From an uncultured Clostridia bacterium (GTDB lineage Bacteria; Bacillota; Clostridia; TANB77; CAG-508): a DNA stretch of 64,000 bases. The notes beneath the pieces are model-generated. The model saw nothing but the letters and a program-made list of their open reading frames with translations, ran no database searches and was not told where the DNA came from. Location: assembly GCA_947584805.1 (NCBI GenBank), contig CANPWU010000002.1, positions 10,421-74,420 of the forward strand. The letters are read 5' to 3'. Of this stretch, positions 51,443 through 61,626 are shown piece after piece; the first letter of the stretch is position 1, and each line of letters begins with the position of its first letter. Made by a program: the position numbers and the translations under genes.

Positions 51443-52643
51443 TTATTTTGTATAAACTAATTTATCATCATTATTTATTTTTACAACATTTCCTCCGTTT
51501 GTTCCTTCTGTATAACCAATTATTGCTGCATCAATATTAAAGCTGTTTGCAATTTTAATAATTTCATTTGCATCTTTCTCTGAACTTACAATAGCTTCCA
51601 TACCGATTCCCATATTGAATGTTTGATACATGTTATAGTCATCAATATTTCTTATTTCTTGTATTTCTTTGAAAAATGGAGGAACTTTTATCTTATTTAC
51701 GTTATCTTTTATATATGCAATGTTATTTCCAAAGTTTATTGATTTTGTTAATCCTCCTCCAGAGCAGTGAATTAATCCATCAATTTTTATGCCTTTTTCT
51801 TTTACTTTTTGAAGTACAGGCAAATATGTTCTTGTAGGTGATAAAATTGCTTCAGCAATTGTTAATGATGTTCCATTTAATTTATCTCCTAAATGATATT
51901 TTCCGAACAAATAAATTTTCTTCATTAACAGTTTGATCCATTACTTCTTTATATTTGCGATAATCTGGATGTAATAAAGTATTTATTGCAAGTGTTAAAC
52001 CATTACTTCTAACACCAGAGTTTTCTTTATTTTCATAAGTGCTTTGACCATATGATGAAAGTCCAACAATATATTCTCCAGGTTTAACGTTTGAACAATC
52101 TATTACTTCAGACTTATTTATAGTTGCACAAGCTGTAACATCAATTCCCATTGTGGTTGTATAGCTACCAACATCAGCTGTTTCTCCTCCTGCATTGTAT
52201 AGGTTTATTCCAAGTTTTCCTAATCTTTCAAACAAATCAGAATATCCTTGAATAATTTCTACTAAAGCATCATCATCTATTCTATTTGCATTTCTTGCAA
52301 TATGATTAGATATATATATATCGTTTGTAACACCAACGCATGCCATATCATCAGTATTCATAACAACAGCATCTTGTGGAAGTGTTCTTAAGAAATGATT
52401 TCCAAGTCCTTCTTTTATTGCTAAATATGCAACATTACTTTTTGTTCCAACTCCATCTGAATGAATTATTTGCACAAAATTATTTCTAACATCTTCTGGA
52501 AGAGAAGCGGCTACTGGTACTATTTGACAAAAAGCACCTGGATATAGTCCTTTTGATAGGTTTTTTGTTGCTTTATGTACTCCTTCTTTTTTTGATGATA
52601 CACCTAAAGTTGCATACGGATCTATGAATTTTTCTTCTTTCAT
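51443..52643 (-). CDS. AIR synthase (PurM)-family protein; one CGGN event
   Basis: ORFs 51882..52676 and 51443..51925 join at CGGA (51905-51902) to give VNEENLFV-G-KYHLGDKLNGTSL. PurM-like segments (DGVGTK, ...HCSGGGL...). The ATG at 52643 follows GGAGG. Confidence 0.68.
51902..51905 (-). other. CGGA recoding site (Gly) in PurM-family gene
   Basis: TTT GTT CGGA AAA TAT = F V G K Y. Confidence 0.7.
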
Positions 52644-52711
52644 TTTTACCTCCATAATATTTATATAGTATATCATAAATACTTTAAAAAGTAAACAAAA
52701 TATTTGAAAAT

Positions 52712-53497
52712 CTAGCTATTCTTTTCATAATATACAATTCTTTTATTCATTGCATCAAATTTTTGTATAAAACTTTCTTTTGATATAGCATACTTTGTTC
52801 CTGTATTTGAATCAGATATGTAAAAATTATCTTCATCAAACCCATATACTACAACAGCATGCTCTCCAGAAATCCACAAAACTTTTTCTTTAGTTTTATA
52901 GTCATACCAAAATTTAGATTTTAATTTTGAGTTACCAAAGCCATTAATATTTATCCAAGCAATAACAGGATTTCCATTTTTAATTATATTTTTTAATTTT
53001 TGAGTAGAAACTTGATTTTCAGCAATTGCTCCTTTTTTGAAATTATTAATAGTTTCTGCTATAGGAACATTATATACTCCGTACGATTTTTTATCTTTTG
53101 GGTTACCTACAAATTCCTTCTCTGGATTTGCACCATAATTTATACCTTTTTTATTATATGGTTTTGCTCCTTTGGGCAAATTATTAATTATTTCATCAAT
53201 TGTTACGTTGACATTATAGTATTTTAAAAGTACATATGCTGCAACGCTTTCACATCCTGTTGGATATTCTGGGAACTGATTATATGAAATTATATTATCT
53301 AATATAACTTTTTCTTGATAATTATTTTTACTAAAGCTTATTATTCTATTCTTTGCAATGTTAAAATTTTGATTTAGCGAAAAGCTAAAAGTACTCATTG
53401 TTTCAGCTTTAACTTTAGTTTTTGGCAATATTGTAAAAGAAATTAATAAAATTATACAAATGATTGCTCTGATTATTTCTAGAATTCTTTTCTCCAT
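52712..53497 (-). CDS. secreted peptidase_C39-like (BtrH/C39_2-type) cysteine peptidase
   Basis: Signal peptide, then ...QFPEYPTGCESVAAYVLLKYY... (nucleophile Cys context), then ...GEHAVVVYGFD.... Confidence 0.55.
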   Translation of the reverse strand: MEKRILEIIRAIICIILLISFTILPKTKVKAETMSTFSFSLNQNFNIAKNRIISFSKNNYQEKVILDNIISYNQFPEYPTGCESVAAYVLLKYYNVNVTIDEIINNLPKGAKPYNKKGINYGANPEKEFVGNPKDKKSYGVYNVPIAETINNFKKGAIAENQVSTQKLKNIIKNGNPVIAWININGFGNSKLKSKFWYDYKTKEKVLWISGEHAVVVYGFDEDNFYISDSNTGTKYAISKESFIQKFDAMNKRIVYYEKNS

Positions 53498-53711
53498 TTT
53501 GTTTTTCCCTTCTTAAGATTAAAATATTATTTGAATAAAATATTTTATTGAATTTAAAATAGATTATAAAATTAATTAAATTTATTATTGTTTTTAAGAA
53601 TTAATATAAAAGTTAATTGATTTATTTCAACATAGAATATCAGATTATTAAGAAAAAATCAAGTAGTTTATAAAAAACTTTTTACGAAAATTTGCTTCTT
53701 TTCTATTGATT

Positions 53712-53740
53712 GAGTCCAGTTCTTATACAGAACTGGACTC
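53712..53740. other. 12-bp perfect hairpin without U-tract
   Basis: GAGTCCAGTTCT-tatac-AGAACTGGACTC. Confidence 0.4.
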
Positions 53741-53849
53741 ATAAGCAACTACATAATAAATAATAAAAACTCACATCTGTAAAATAATACGATCATTAAG
53801 CTTAAATGCTCTATGGCATATCGTATTAGCTTTAATTTTCTTTTCTATC

Positions 53850-54152
53850 TTATTTTAATTTAGCCATTTCCTTCCAATAGTTTTTTAACATTTCTAATAT
53901 CTTTTTTGCATCTTCAATTTCAGTGTTTTGATTATATTTTTGCATTTCACTAAAAGTGCCAGATTCACTTACAATTGCCAATAACCATTTTCCAAAAATT
54001 GACTTTTTATATTTAAAAATCATACATTTTATGCCATCTTCATCTTCAAATGAATTGGCATATTCTACTACTTTAGGTTTATGACCCAATTCATGAGAAT
54101 CAGATAACCAGTTTTCTAATTCCAATTTTGCTTTTTCGATTTCAGCATTCAT
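53850..54152 (-). CDS. small hypothetical protein
   Basis: 100-aa ORF with an AAGGAG RBS. No family recognised. Confidence 0.4.
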   Translation of the reverse strand: MNAEIEKAKLELENWLSDSHELGHKPKVVEYANSFEDEDGIKCMIFKYKKSIFGKWLLAIVSESGTFSEMQKYNQNTEIEDAKKILEMLKNYWKEMAKLK

Positions 54153-54234
54153 ATATTTAGCTCCTTATATTCTTGCCATTGGCAAGTTGGGCTGACGACG
54201 TAGATATTTACAACTCGCCATTGACTCTCTTGAC

Positions 54235-54254
54235 GATTGATACAAATATCAATC
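54235..54254. promoter_or_regulatory. palindromic candidate operator upstream of ORF 53850..54152
   Basis: GATTGATA-caaa-TATCAATC (8-bp perfect arms). A second small palindrome, CTTGCCA-ttg-GCAAG, lies at about 54171-54187. Confidence 0.3.
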
Positions 54255-54335
54255 AATTTACTAAAGTATATCACATTTTTTATAAATTACAATAAAATTA
54301 TTGAAGAATTTATAAATAATTTTTATATTATGAAT

Positions 54336-54373
54336 AAAAACACGACTGGTTGTAAGTTTTACAAACAGTCGTG
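54336..54373 (-). terminator. intrinsic terminator of paralog 2
   Basis: CACGACTGGTTGT-aagtttt-ACAAACAGTCGTG with a T-run on the minus strand. Homologous to the hairpin at 32132-32163. Confidence 0.65.
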
Positions 54374-54379
54374 AAATGT

Positions 54380-55159
54380 TTAAGTTTCCTCCTTCTTTTC
54401 TTTCCGAAACATGAAACAATCGTTGATAGCAGACCACCTTGCTAATTCAGGCTCTTGTTCATCTCTAAACTCAACATACGATTTATTGCGAATCGCATCA
54501 TAATCAAATACTTTATAAACTTTTGCTTTGTAGATTTTGTGCAGCTTTTCAACTGGATATTGTCTTGAACTATATGTGTCAAAAGCCCAACCATTGTTAA
54601 TATATAGAACATGCATTGTAAAAGTTTTTCCGTCATCTTCGTCATCTTTATCTACGGAGAACTTTTTTACAGCAATAAATTCTATAGAGCCTTTTTTTAG
54701 AGCTTTGCACATTTCAAAACAAATTGTATAACAATAGCCTCTACAATTCTGTGTCGCTATAAGTGCATACAGGTCTTCATAAACTTGCCTAATAGTTTCA
54801 AAATCTTTTTTAGAAAGTGCTTTACCTTTTTTAGTACATGTTAAAAAGTATATTCTTTCTGCCAACAGTTTTGAAAATCCGAACATAGCTCTTTTGAACA
54901 CTTTGAGAGATACTAACAAACCCACAGCATTAATTAGCACAAAAGCCAAAATTGCTATTTGAGTAGTCATAGATAACTCTACATCTTCAAACACAGCAAT
55001 TATAAATAATGGTATGAGTGGAAAAATATATAATACTGCCCAAAACATAAAACAAAGAAATTCAATTACTTTATACCGTGCATTGAGTTGTAAGAGCATG
55101 TCCTGTGTATCATGGTCCATACTATTGTAAATTGTTTTCCGCATAAGATACTTAATCAT
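54380..55159 (-). CDS. hypothetical membrane protein, paralog 2; uses CGG as Arg (three sites)
   Basis: 259 aa, starting MIKYLMRKTIYN.... In-frame CGG at 55141-55139, 55078-55076 and 54406-54404 is read as Arg in each case. Conserved CRGYCY and HVLYINNGWAFD. Confidence 0.5.
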   Translation of the reverse strand: MIKYLMRKTIYNSMDHDTQDMLLQLNARYKVIEFLCFMFWAVLYIFPLIPLFIIAVFEDVELSMTTQIAILAFVLINAVGLLVSLKVFKRAMFGFSKLLAERIYFLTCTKKGKALSKKDFETIRQVYEDLYALIATQNCRGYCYTICFEMCKALKKGSIEFIAVKKFSVDKDDEDDGKTFTMHVLYINNGWAFDTYSSRQYPVEKLHKIYKAKVYKVFDYDAIRNKSYVEFRDEQEPELARWSAINDCFMFRKEKKEET

Positions 55160-55206
55160 TTTTTATCAACCTTTCTTGTATTAGAATTTTATGGTTACAT
55201 AATATA

Positions 55207-55235
55207 ATTATAACATGTATTTTGTAGATTTTCAA
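55207..55235 (-). promoter_or_regulatory. sigma-A promoter for ORF 54380..55159
   Basis: On the minus strand: TTGAAA, 17-nt spacer, TATAAT. Confidence 0.5.
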
Positions 55236-55295
55236 CTATTTTTATAGTCTTATTAAAAATAAAAAAAGCTGAAATTGGTTAAATTTCAACCTTAA

Positions 55296-55380
55296 TGGTG
55301 CGAGTAATGGGACTTGAACCCATACGTGTTACCACACACGCCCCTCAAACGTGCCTGTCTGCCAGTTCCAGCATACTCGC
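55296..55380 (-). tRNA. tRNA-Leu (anticodon GAG), type II with long variable arm, CCA encoded
   Basis: The reverse complement reads GCGAGTA TG CTGG AACTGGCAGA CAGG . CACGT TTGAGGG GCGTG (variable arm) GGGTTCAAGTCCC..TACTCGC ACCA. The acceptor stem pairs over 7 bp, the anticodon loop is a normal 7 nt, and the T-loop GTTCAAGTC is present. Confidence 0.85.
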
Positions 55381-55483
55381 ATTAAACTTAAAAATATTCT
55401 AGCATATTTTTTTGAAAAAATAAAGCTATTTTAATAAAAATGTTGTATAATTGTATATATTTACAAGATATGGAGCTTAAAAT

Positions 55484-56362
55484 ATGGATTTAAAATATAA
55501 AGTAACAGATGACAAATATGCTACTGCAAAAGAAGTGTTAAGAAATGAGTTTAATGTATCAGCTAGATTATATCAAAAGCTTAAGAAAAATAAACAAATT
55601 TATATAAATAGAAATAATAATTTCTATAACGATTCCTTATGCTTAAATGATACTCTCGAAGTTGATTTAGGTTTTGATGAAAAAAGCGAAAATATACTTC
55701 CAAAAAAAATGAATCTTAACATTCTTTATGAAGATAAATATATGTTAATTATAAATAAAGAACCTAATATTCCAGTACATCCTTCTATGGAGCATTTTGA
55801 AGATAGCCTATCAAATGGTGTCAAATATTATTTTGATACTATTAATTTACATAGGAAAATTAGAATAGTTAATAGGCTTGATAAAGATACTTCTGGAATA
55901 GTTATCTTTGCTAAATGCGAATATGTACAAGAAGCTTTAATTAATCAAATGAAGAATAATTTATTTAAAAAAGAATATCTTGGAATTTTGAATCGGTATT
56001 TTAAAAGAAAAATCTGGAACAATTAATGCTCCTATTGCTAGAAAAGAAGGAAGTATAATTGAAAGATGTATAAGTGATGAACGGACAAACTGCAATTACT
56101 TATTTCGATGTGGTAAAAGAATTGAAAAATATAAGCTTAGTTCATTTTGTGCTTGAAACTCGGAAGAACACATCAAATTAGAGTACATTCAAAATATATT
56201 GGACATCCTATATTTGGAGATACTTTATATGGTACTCCTTCTCCTCTTATATCAAGACAAGCACTTCATGCATATAAAGTATCATTTATACACCCAATAA
56301 CTAAAGAAAAAATTATAATTTCAGCACCGCTTCCAAAGGATATGGAAAACATATTATCTTAA
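55484..56362 (+). CDS. RluA/RluD-family pseudouridine synthase; three CGGN events
   Basis: ORFs 55484..56026 and 56147..56362 plus the gap join at CGGT (55994), CGGA (56082) and CGGA (56161). The joined sequence reads GILN-G-ILKEKSGTINAPIARKEGSIIERCISDE-G-QTAITYFDVVKELKNISLVHFVLET-G-RTHQIRVHSKYIGHPIFGD. The catalytic motif HRLDKDTSG is upstream. Confidence 0.85.
55994..55997 (+). other. CGGT recoding site (Gly) in pseudouridine synthase gene
   Basis: TTG AAT CGGT ATT TTA = L N G I L. Confidence 0.8.
56082..56085 (+). other. CGGA recoding site (Gly) in pseudouridine synthase gene
   Basis: GAT GAA CGGA CAA ACT = D E G Q T. Confidence 0.8.
56161..56164 (+). other. CGGA recoding site (Gly) in pseudouridine synthase gene
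   Basis: GAA ACT CGGA AGA ACA = E T G R T (LETGRTHQIRVH). Confidence 0.9.
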
Positions 56363-57221
56363 ATTGGATTTACATGAATTATAGTTAAATATATTTCATC
56401 AATTTTTTTATCTATTTCTTCTTCTAAATTATTTGCAATTTCATGACTTTCGAATGTTGATAAATTACCATCTACATATATTGTAAAAGAAATTTGATAT
56501 TTATAGCCAACTGGTGTAGAATTAAAATGTTGCACTTTCTTTACTTCTGGATGTGCATTTATTATATCTAAAACCTTTTGTTTGCTTTCTTCATTTATTG
56601 CTTTATCCATTAAAACATTATAACTTTCTATAAAAATTTTAACTCCTGTAATACATATCCATATTGAAATACCAATACCGAGTTATACCATCAAACCATA
56701 AGATATTATTTGCACCAAGAATTGAAGCTATAAGAGTAAATGTTGTTACAATGCAGTCATTTCTATGATCTTTTGAATTTGCTTCTATTAATAGATTATT
56801 GTGTTTCTTAGACAAAGTATATGTATAAAGAAATAAAGCAAATTTTGTAATAATAGTTACAATACAAACAACTACAAGAAGCCATGAAAAATGATAATTA
56901 CTTCTTTGAGTCAAAGAAATAATAGAATCCCATAGTAATTTTAAAGCAATTACAATCATTGAAATACTTATTAGCATAGAAAAGATATATTCGGCTTTTC
57001 CATGGCCTAAATTATGTGTTTCATCACTTGGCTTGCTTGCAATTTTATTACCAATAAAAGTCATTCCAGAAGAAAATATATCCCCTGCACTATTTACACT
57101 ATCTGCAATCATCGCTTGACTATTTGTTATAACACCTATTATTCCTTTTATAATAAGCAAGAAGATATTACCGTATAATTCCTAAAATACTTGCTTTATT
57201 GGTTTCTTTGTATCTTTCCAT
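56359..57221 (-). CDS. cation diffusion facilitator (CDF) family transporter; two CGGN events
   Basis: The ATG at 57221 follows GGAGG. The protein reads MERYKETNKASILGII-G-NIFLLIIKGIIGVITNSQAMIADS...WFDGIT-G-IGISIWICITGVKIFIESYNVLMDKAI.... It joins track ORFs 56639..57160 and 56359..56610. Confidence 0.8.
56677..56680 (-). other. CGGT recoding site (Gly) in CDF gene
   Basis: ATA ACT CGGT ATT GGT = I T G I G. Confidence 0.8.
57170..57173 (-). other. CGGT recoding site (Gly) in CDF gene
   Basis: ATT ATA CGGT AAT ATC = I I G N I. Confidence 0.8.
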
Positions 57222-57255
57222 ATGAGCCTCCAAATAAAACTTTAAATTAAAAATA

Positions 57256-57288
57256 AGAGATTAGTAAATATTTTATTTTCTAATCTCT
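57256..57288 (-). terminator. terminator downstream of rnpB
   Basis: AGAGATTAG...CTAATCTCT with a T-rich tail on the minus strand. Confidence 0.55.
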
Positions 57289-57302
57289 AGTTTATTCTTA
57301 AA

Positions 57303-57646
57303 GAAAAGAGTAAATCTGTAAGCCGGGTTCTGTCTAGAATAGTCATTTATCTCGAATATATATTACTATATATCTCTAGCCGCTTGCTTCAAGGAACCGA
57401 CGAGCAGTCTTATGTCCTTATTCCAGCGTTGCTCCAGGTGGGGTTTACACTGACCTTCTATGTCACCATAGAAGCGGTGAGCTCTTACCTCGCCTTTTCA
57501 CACTTACCTAAAAATTTAGGCGTTTGTTTTCTGTTGCACTTTCCTTAGGGTTGCCCCTACTGGACGTTATCCAGCACCATTGCTCTGTGGGGCCCGGACT
57601 TTCCTCATATGCTAAAAAGCATACGCGACTATTCAATTTACTCTAT
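57303..57646 (-). ncRNA. rnpB: RNase P RNA (bacterial type A)
   Basis: The minus strand contains GAGGAAAGTCCGGGC (CR-I), GGTGCTGGATAACGTCCAGTAGGGGCAACCCTAAGGAAAGTGCAACAGAAA and ACAGAACCCGGCTTACAG (CR-V). The P1 helix pairs AGAGTAAAT with ATTTACTCT. The ends are approximate (+/-10 nt). Confidence 0.85.
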
Positions 57647-57696
57647 TTATTATTTTACATTCAATAATGGAAAAAGTCAACTATCTAATAAATAAA

Positions 57697-58707
57697 TTAC
57701 CCATTATTTATTATAATATATTCTACAATTTGAATTGCGTTACTTGCTGCACCTTTTCGTAAGTTATCTGCAACAACCCACATATTTATTCCTGATTTTA
57801 TACTATAATCCCTTCTTATTCTTCCAACATAAACTTCATCATGACCAGAAGCTTCAGTTGCAAGAGGATAAATATCATGCTTTGTATCATCTTCTACTAT
57901 AATTCCTTTTGCATTTCTTAAGGTTTCGATTAAATCTTCTAAATCAAAGTCATTTTCAAACTCTACATTTATAGACTCACTATGTGAATTTATAACTGGA
58001 ACTCTAACTGCTGTTGCAGTAACTGGAAGGTATGGTCTGTTTAATATCTTCCTTGTTTCATTAATCATTTTTTCCTCTTCTTTTGTATAGCCATTATCTA
58101 AGAACACATCAATATGTGGCAAGCAATTATTAATTATTGGGTGAGCAAATTTTTGAAGCTGATAATCTTCCTTTCCACCATCTTCTAAATCCATAATTCC
58201 TTTTAGTCCTGCTCCTGATACTGCTTGATATGTTGAATAAACAACTCTTTTTATTTTATATTTGTCATCAAGTACTTTTAGTGGTACTACTGCCTGAATT
58301 GTTGAGCAATTTGGATTAGCTATAATTCCATGATTATTTTTTATTTCCTCACTATTTACTTCTGGAACAACAAGTGGAACTTCTTTATCCATCCTCCAAG
58401 CACTGCTGTTATCTACTACAATGCAACCTTTTGACGCAGCTATTGGAGCAAACTTTTTAGATGTTCCTGCTCCTGCTGAAAATATGGCAAAATCAAATCC
58501 TTCGTCAAAAGAATCTTCTTTAAGTTCTCTTACAGTATATTCTTTTCCCATGAACTCTAATTTAGTTCCAGCAGATTTATATGAAGAAAAAAATACATAT
58601 TCAGAAATTGGTAAATTCTTTTCTTCTAATACTTCCCTTGCAACTCTTCCTACAACTCCTGTTGCACCAACTAAAGCTAATTTATATTTCCTTTCTTTCG
58701 CATTCAT
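57697..58707 (-). CDS. asd: aspartate-semialdehyde dehydrogenase
   Basis: ...LALVGATGVVG...NPNCSTIQ...STYQAVSGAG... Confidence 0.92.
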   Translation of the reverse strand: MNAKERKYKLALVGATGVVGRVAREVLEEKNLPISEYVFFSSYKSAGTKLEFMGKEYTVRELKEDSFDEGFDFAIFSAGAGTSKKFAPIAASKGCIVVDNSSAWRMDKEVPLVVPEVNSEEIKNNHGIIANPNCSTIQAVVPLKVLDDKYKIKRVVYSTYQAVSGAGLKGIMDLEDGGKEDYQLQKFAHPIINNCLPHIDVFLDNGYTKEEEKMINETRKILNRPYLPVTATAVRVPVINSHSESINVEFENDFDLEDLIETLRNAKGIIVEDDTKHDIYPLATEASGHDEVYVGRIRRDYSIKSGINMWVVADNLRKGAASNAIQIVEYIIINNG

Positions 58708-58722
58708 AATTACAAATGCCTC

Positions 58723-59691
58723 CTATTTTTTGAAAAACAAATCGTGAATGCATCTTATACAAGAATTAACATCCTTGTCATCTAATGTAATCGAAATTTG
58801 CATATCTGTAAATCTTAAGTTATTAAACTTTAGATTGTTTTTATTTAATTCTTCTATAACTTTATCTTTAATATCAGAATCTATATCTATACCAACAATA
58901 GATACCACATTCTTATTTGATGTAACACCAGTAATTTTAGGTAAATTACAACATTTGTTATAGAAGTTAGAAACTGTTGTACCGTTCTTCTCTTGTCATG
59001 CTTGATCTTACAATTAGTTTTATATCATTTTCTTTAGCAAGTTTAACACACTTATTATGAAGAACACCAGCTCCCAAGTTAGAGAATTCAAGCATTTCAT
59101 CATAAGATATTTTATCAAGTTTAATTGCATCATTTACAATTCTTGGGTCTGCAGTATAAACACCATCTACATCTGTGTAAATTTCACATGAATCTGCATG
59201 TAATGCTCCAGCAAGAGCAACAGCTGTTGTATCTGAGCCTCCTCTTCCAAGCGTTGTATAATTGTTATGTTCATCTATTCCTTGAAATCCTGTGACAATT
59301 ACTATTTTATTCTCACAAAGTTCTTTTTCTATTCTTTCTGTTTCAATCTTTGTGATTGTTGCATCACCATAATTATCATTTGTAAACATTCTAACTTGGA
59401 ATGCATTTAAAGATACCGCTGGAATTCCGCATTTTATCAAAAGCCATAGCCATTAAGCTAACTGTTATTTGTTCTCCAACAGTAAATAACATATCCATTT
59501 CTCTCTTTGGTACATTTTGGCTTATTTCATTTGCTTTTGAAACAAGTTCATCAGTAAATTTTCCCATTGCAGATAAAACTAAAACAATTTTATTGCCGCT
59601 TATTATAGTCTTCAGCACATCTATTTGCTACATTAAAAATTTTTTCTGTATCTGCAACAGAAGTTCCTCCAAATTTTTTTACCATTAACAT
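58723..59691 (-). CDS. lysC: aspartate kinase (short, about 321 aa); three CGGN events
   Basis: The N-terminus reads [49 protein letters not shown]. The other two joins are ...[17 protein letters not shown] and ...[16 protein letters not shown]...SSMTREE-G-TTVSNF...ISITLDDKD.... This joins four track ORFs. Confidence 0.85.
58981..58984 (-). other. CGGT recoding site (Gly) in lysC
   Basis: GAA GAA CGGT ACA ACA = E E G T T. Confidence 0.8.
59426..59429 (-). other. CGGA recoding site (Gly) in lysC
   Basis: AAA ATG CGGA ATT CCA = K M G I P. Confidence 0.85.
59595..59598 (-). other. CGGC recoding site (Gly) in lysC
   Basis: AAT AAG CGGC AAT AAA = N K G N K. Confidence 0.8.
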
Positions 59692-59747
59692 AGTATATAT
59701 ACCTCTTTTATTATGTTATATACTACATTATATTAAAATTTTTACAT

Positions 59748-59781
59748 AATGTTAAAATGATAGGCATAATACCTATCATTT
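59748..59781 (-). terminator. terminator at the end of the spoIIIA operon
   Basis: AAATGATAGG-cataata-CCTATCATTT overlaps the spoIIIAH stop and has a T-run on the minus strand. Confidence 0.6.
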
Positions 59782-60405
59782 TATTGAAATATGTATATTT
59801 TCAACTGTTGTATTTAATTCTCTCGAAATTATATTTTGTATTTGTGCAATTTCTTCTGTTTTAAGTTCTTCCTTTCCTATTATTGCACTAACACTATCTC
59901 CATTTACAAATATTACGCTTTGAGTAAAACCTTTTGAACTAAGCAAATTTTCTGTTATCATTATTGCATTCTGTAAATTGTTTATTCTATTTATTTCTTC
60001 TTGTGCTATACTTTTTTGATCAGAACTTTGTGAATTATTTGCGATTATTTCTTGATATCTTTCAATAATTTGTGAATACATAACATTTCTCTCGAGCTTT
60101 GAAGTTGTAAAATAATCATCAGTTGTATTTGATACATTTGTTTTACTTTGCCCTTTTACGGTGTTCAATGTTTCCTGCTCATTTTTATCAGTAATTTTAT
60201 CTTCATCTTTATTTTCTTCTGTTATATTTGTATTCACAAGTTCTGCATCTCCAAGCTCGGCTAAACTTATTGCACTGTCTAAATCTGTAGACGTATCTTC
60301 TGCAATTTCTTTATTATACATGCTACCATAATTTAAATATCCTGCTGTAATTAACATTAATGCAATTACCAAAATTGCCAATTGATTTTTCTTAAAAACT
60401 TTCAA
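59776..60405 (-). CDS. spoIIIAH: stage III sporulation protein AH
   Basis: 209 aa, starting MKVFKKNQLAILVIALMLITAGYLNY.... It is the last gene of the spoIIIA-ordered cluster. Confidence 0.75.
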   Translation of the reverse strand: MKVFKKNQLAILVIALMLITAGYLNYGSMYNKEIAEDTSTDLDSAISLAELGDAELVNTNITEENKDEDKITDKNEQETLNTVKGQSKTNVSNTTDDYFTTSKLERNVMYSQIIERYQEIIANNSQSSDQKSIAQEEINRINNLQNAIMITENLLSSKGFTQSVIFVNGDSVSAIIGKEELKTEEIAQIQNIISRELNTTVENIHISIK

Positions 60406-60433
60406 ATTTATTACCTCCTATAAAAAATAAAAT

Positions 60434-61064
60434 CTAATTTGCAAAAACTTGTACCTTATGAGCTTGTGCACCTGTTACTGCAATTACTGCAGAAACAATA
60501 TTAGCTTTTATATTTGCATCATCTGCACCTTCTGCAGTTACAATAACGCCTTCTACCTTAGGATTAATAACTGTTTGAGTTGCTGGAATACTTTCTCCAT
60601 TTTCTTCTGTAAAGATTATTTCTTTATTTGTTCCTTGTTCTTCTACTGTTCGTGTACCTCCACTAGAATCACTCTCAGATGTATGTGATATAGTGCTATT
60701 TTCATTATACATTGCAACAACCTCACTTGATTGAGTATATGTGATTAAGACATTTACATCTCCGTACCCCTGTCATTGTTCCTAAAATCTTTTCTAAGCG
60801 TTTTTCTAATTCATCTGTATAGTTATCACTAGATGAGCGTGAATCAGCCAAAACTTTATATGCACTTTCTTCCTTTGGAGTTGTATCTTCTTCTTTATTA
60901 ATTATTACATTAATTGCAATTATTGTAATAATTAATATTATCAAAAATACCACTAAATTTTCTATTTTTCTTTTATTATCTTTTCCTTCTTCTGAATCTT
61001 CGTTATCTGTCTTTTTGTTTTTAGAAAAAAGATTTTTTAATTTATTCATTTGTTCTTTAAACAT
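60434..61064 (-). CDS. spoIIIAG: stage III sporulation protein AG; one CGGN event
   Basis: ORFs 60723..61079 and 60434..60712 join at CGGA (60764-60761) to give ILGTMTGV-G-DVNVLITYTQSSEVV. The ATG at 61064 follows GGAGGAAGG. Confidence 0.75.
60761..60764 (-). other. CGGA recoding site (Gly) in spoIIIAG
   Basis: GGG GTA CGGA GAT GTA = G V G D V. Confidence 0.8.
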
Positions 61065-61080
61065 AAAACCTTCCTCCAAT

Positions 61081-61626
61081 TCATTTTGAATTTATAGCGA
61101 TGTTTTTAACATCAATGCTATAAGTTTCACTTAAAAATTGTTTTATCTCTTGAATTTCTTTATCTTGCAAATTATTTTCACTCGCTGTATTTCCAATTTC
61201 AATTTTATTAATTACTATATTTTCTTTATCTTTTTTATTTTTATCTATTGACAATGTTATACTTTTTAATATTCCTTCTTCTAAATCTAACCTTGCATCT
61301 ACATTATATGCATTATATCCTAAATTTTCTAAATCAGATTTAATTTTTTTATCAAGCTCTGTCTTGTATATATCATTTTCTGCAGGAACATTGATTGCTA
61401 TATTTGATATATTAAAATATTTTTCATAATCTGAAGTTTTTAACGTTATCTCATTTCCAGTAATAAATTTTATTGCAGGAGAAATTATTGTATATAATAT
61501 ATATACTCCTAAAATAGTTTTTATGTATTTACTTGAATTACATTTGGGCAGAATCATTTCAATAATACTTGCTATTATAACTGCTATTATGATCCCTTCA
61601 ACCCATGAACTAATATATTTTATCAT
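61081..61626 (-). CDS. spoIIIAF: stage III sporulation protein AF
   Basis: 181 aa, starting MIKYISSWVEGIIIAVIIASIIEMILP.... Assigned by its position in the operon. Confidence 0.75.
   Translation of the reverse strand: MIKYISSWVEGIIIAVIIASIIEMILPKCNSSKYIKTILGVYILYTIISPAIKFITGNEITLKTSDYEKYFNISNIAINVPAENDIYKTELDKKIKSDLENLGYNAYNVDARLDLEEGILKSITLSIDKNKKDKENIVINKIEIGNTASENNLQDKEIQEIKQFLSETYSIDVKNIAINSK

Noticed and set aside
55296-55380. The only tRNA in the window as the possible CGGN decoder.
   Set aside because: It folds as a normal type II tRNA with a 7-nt anticodon loop (TTGAGGG) and anticodon GAG, so it is an ordinary tRNA-Leu. It has no NCCG anticodon and no 8-nt loop.
59692-59775. Lysine riboswitch or T-box leaders upstream of lysC, aspS (7891-7919) and glyQS (14525-14563).
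   Set aside because: The intergenic spaces (84, 29 and 39 nt) are far too short for these leaders of 170-250 nt.
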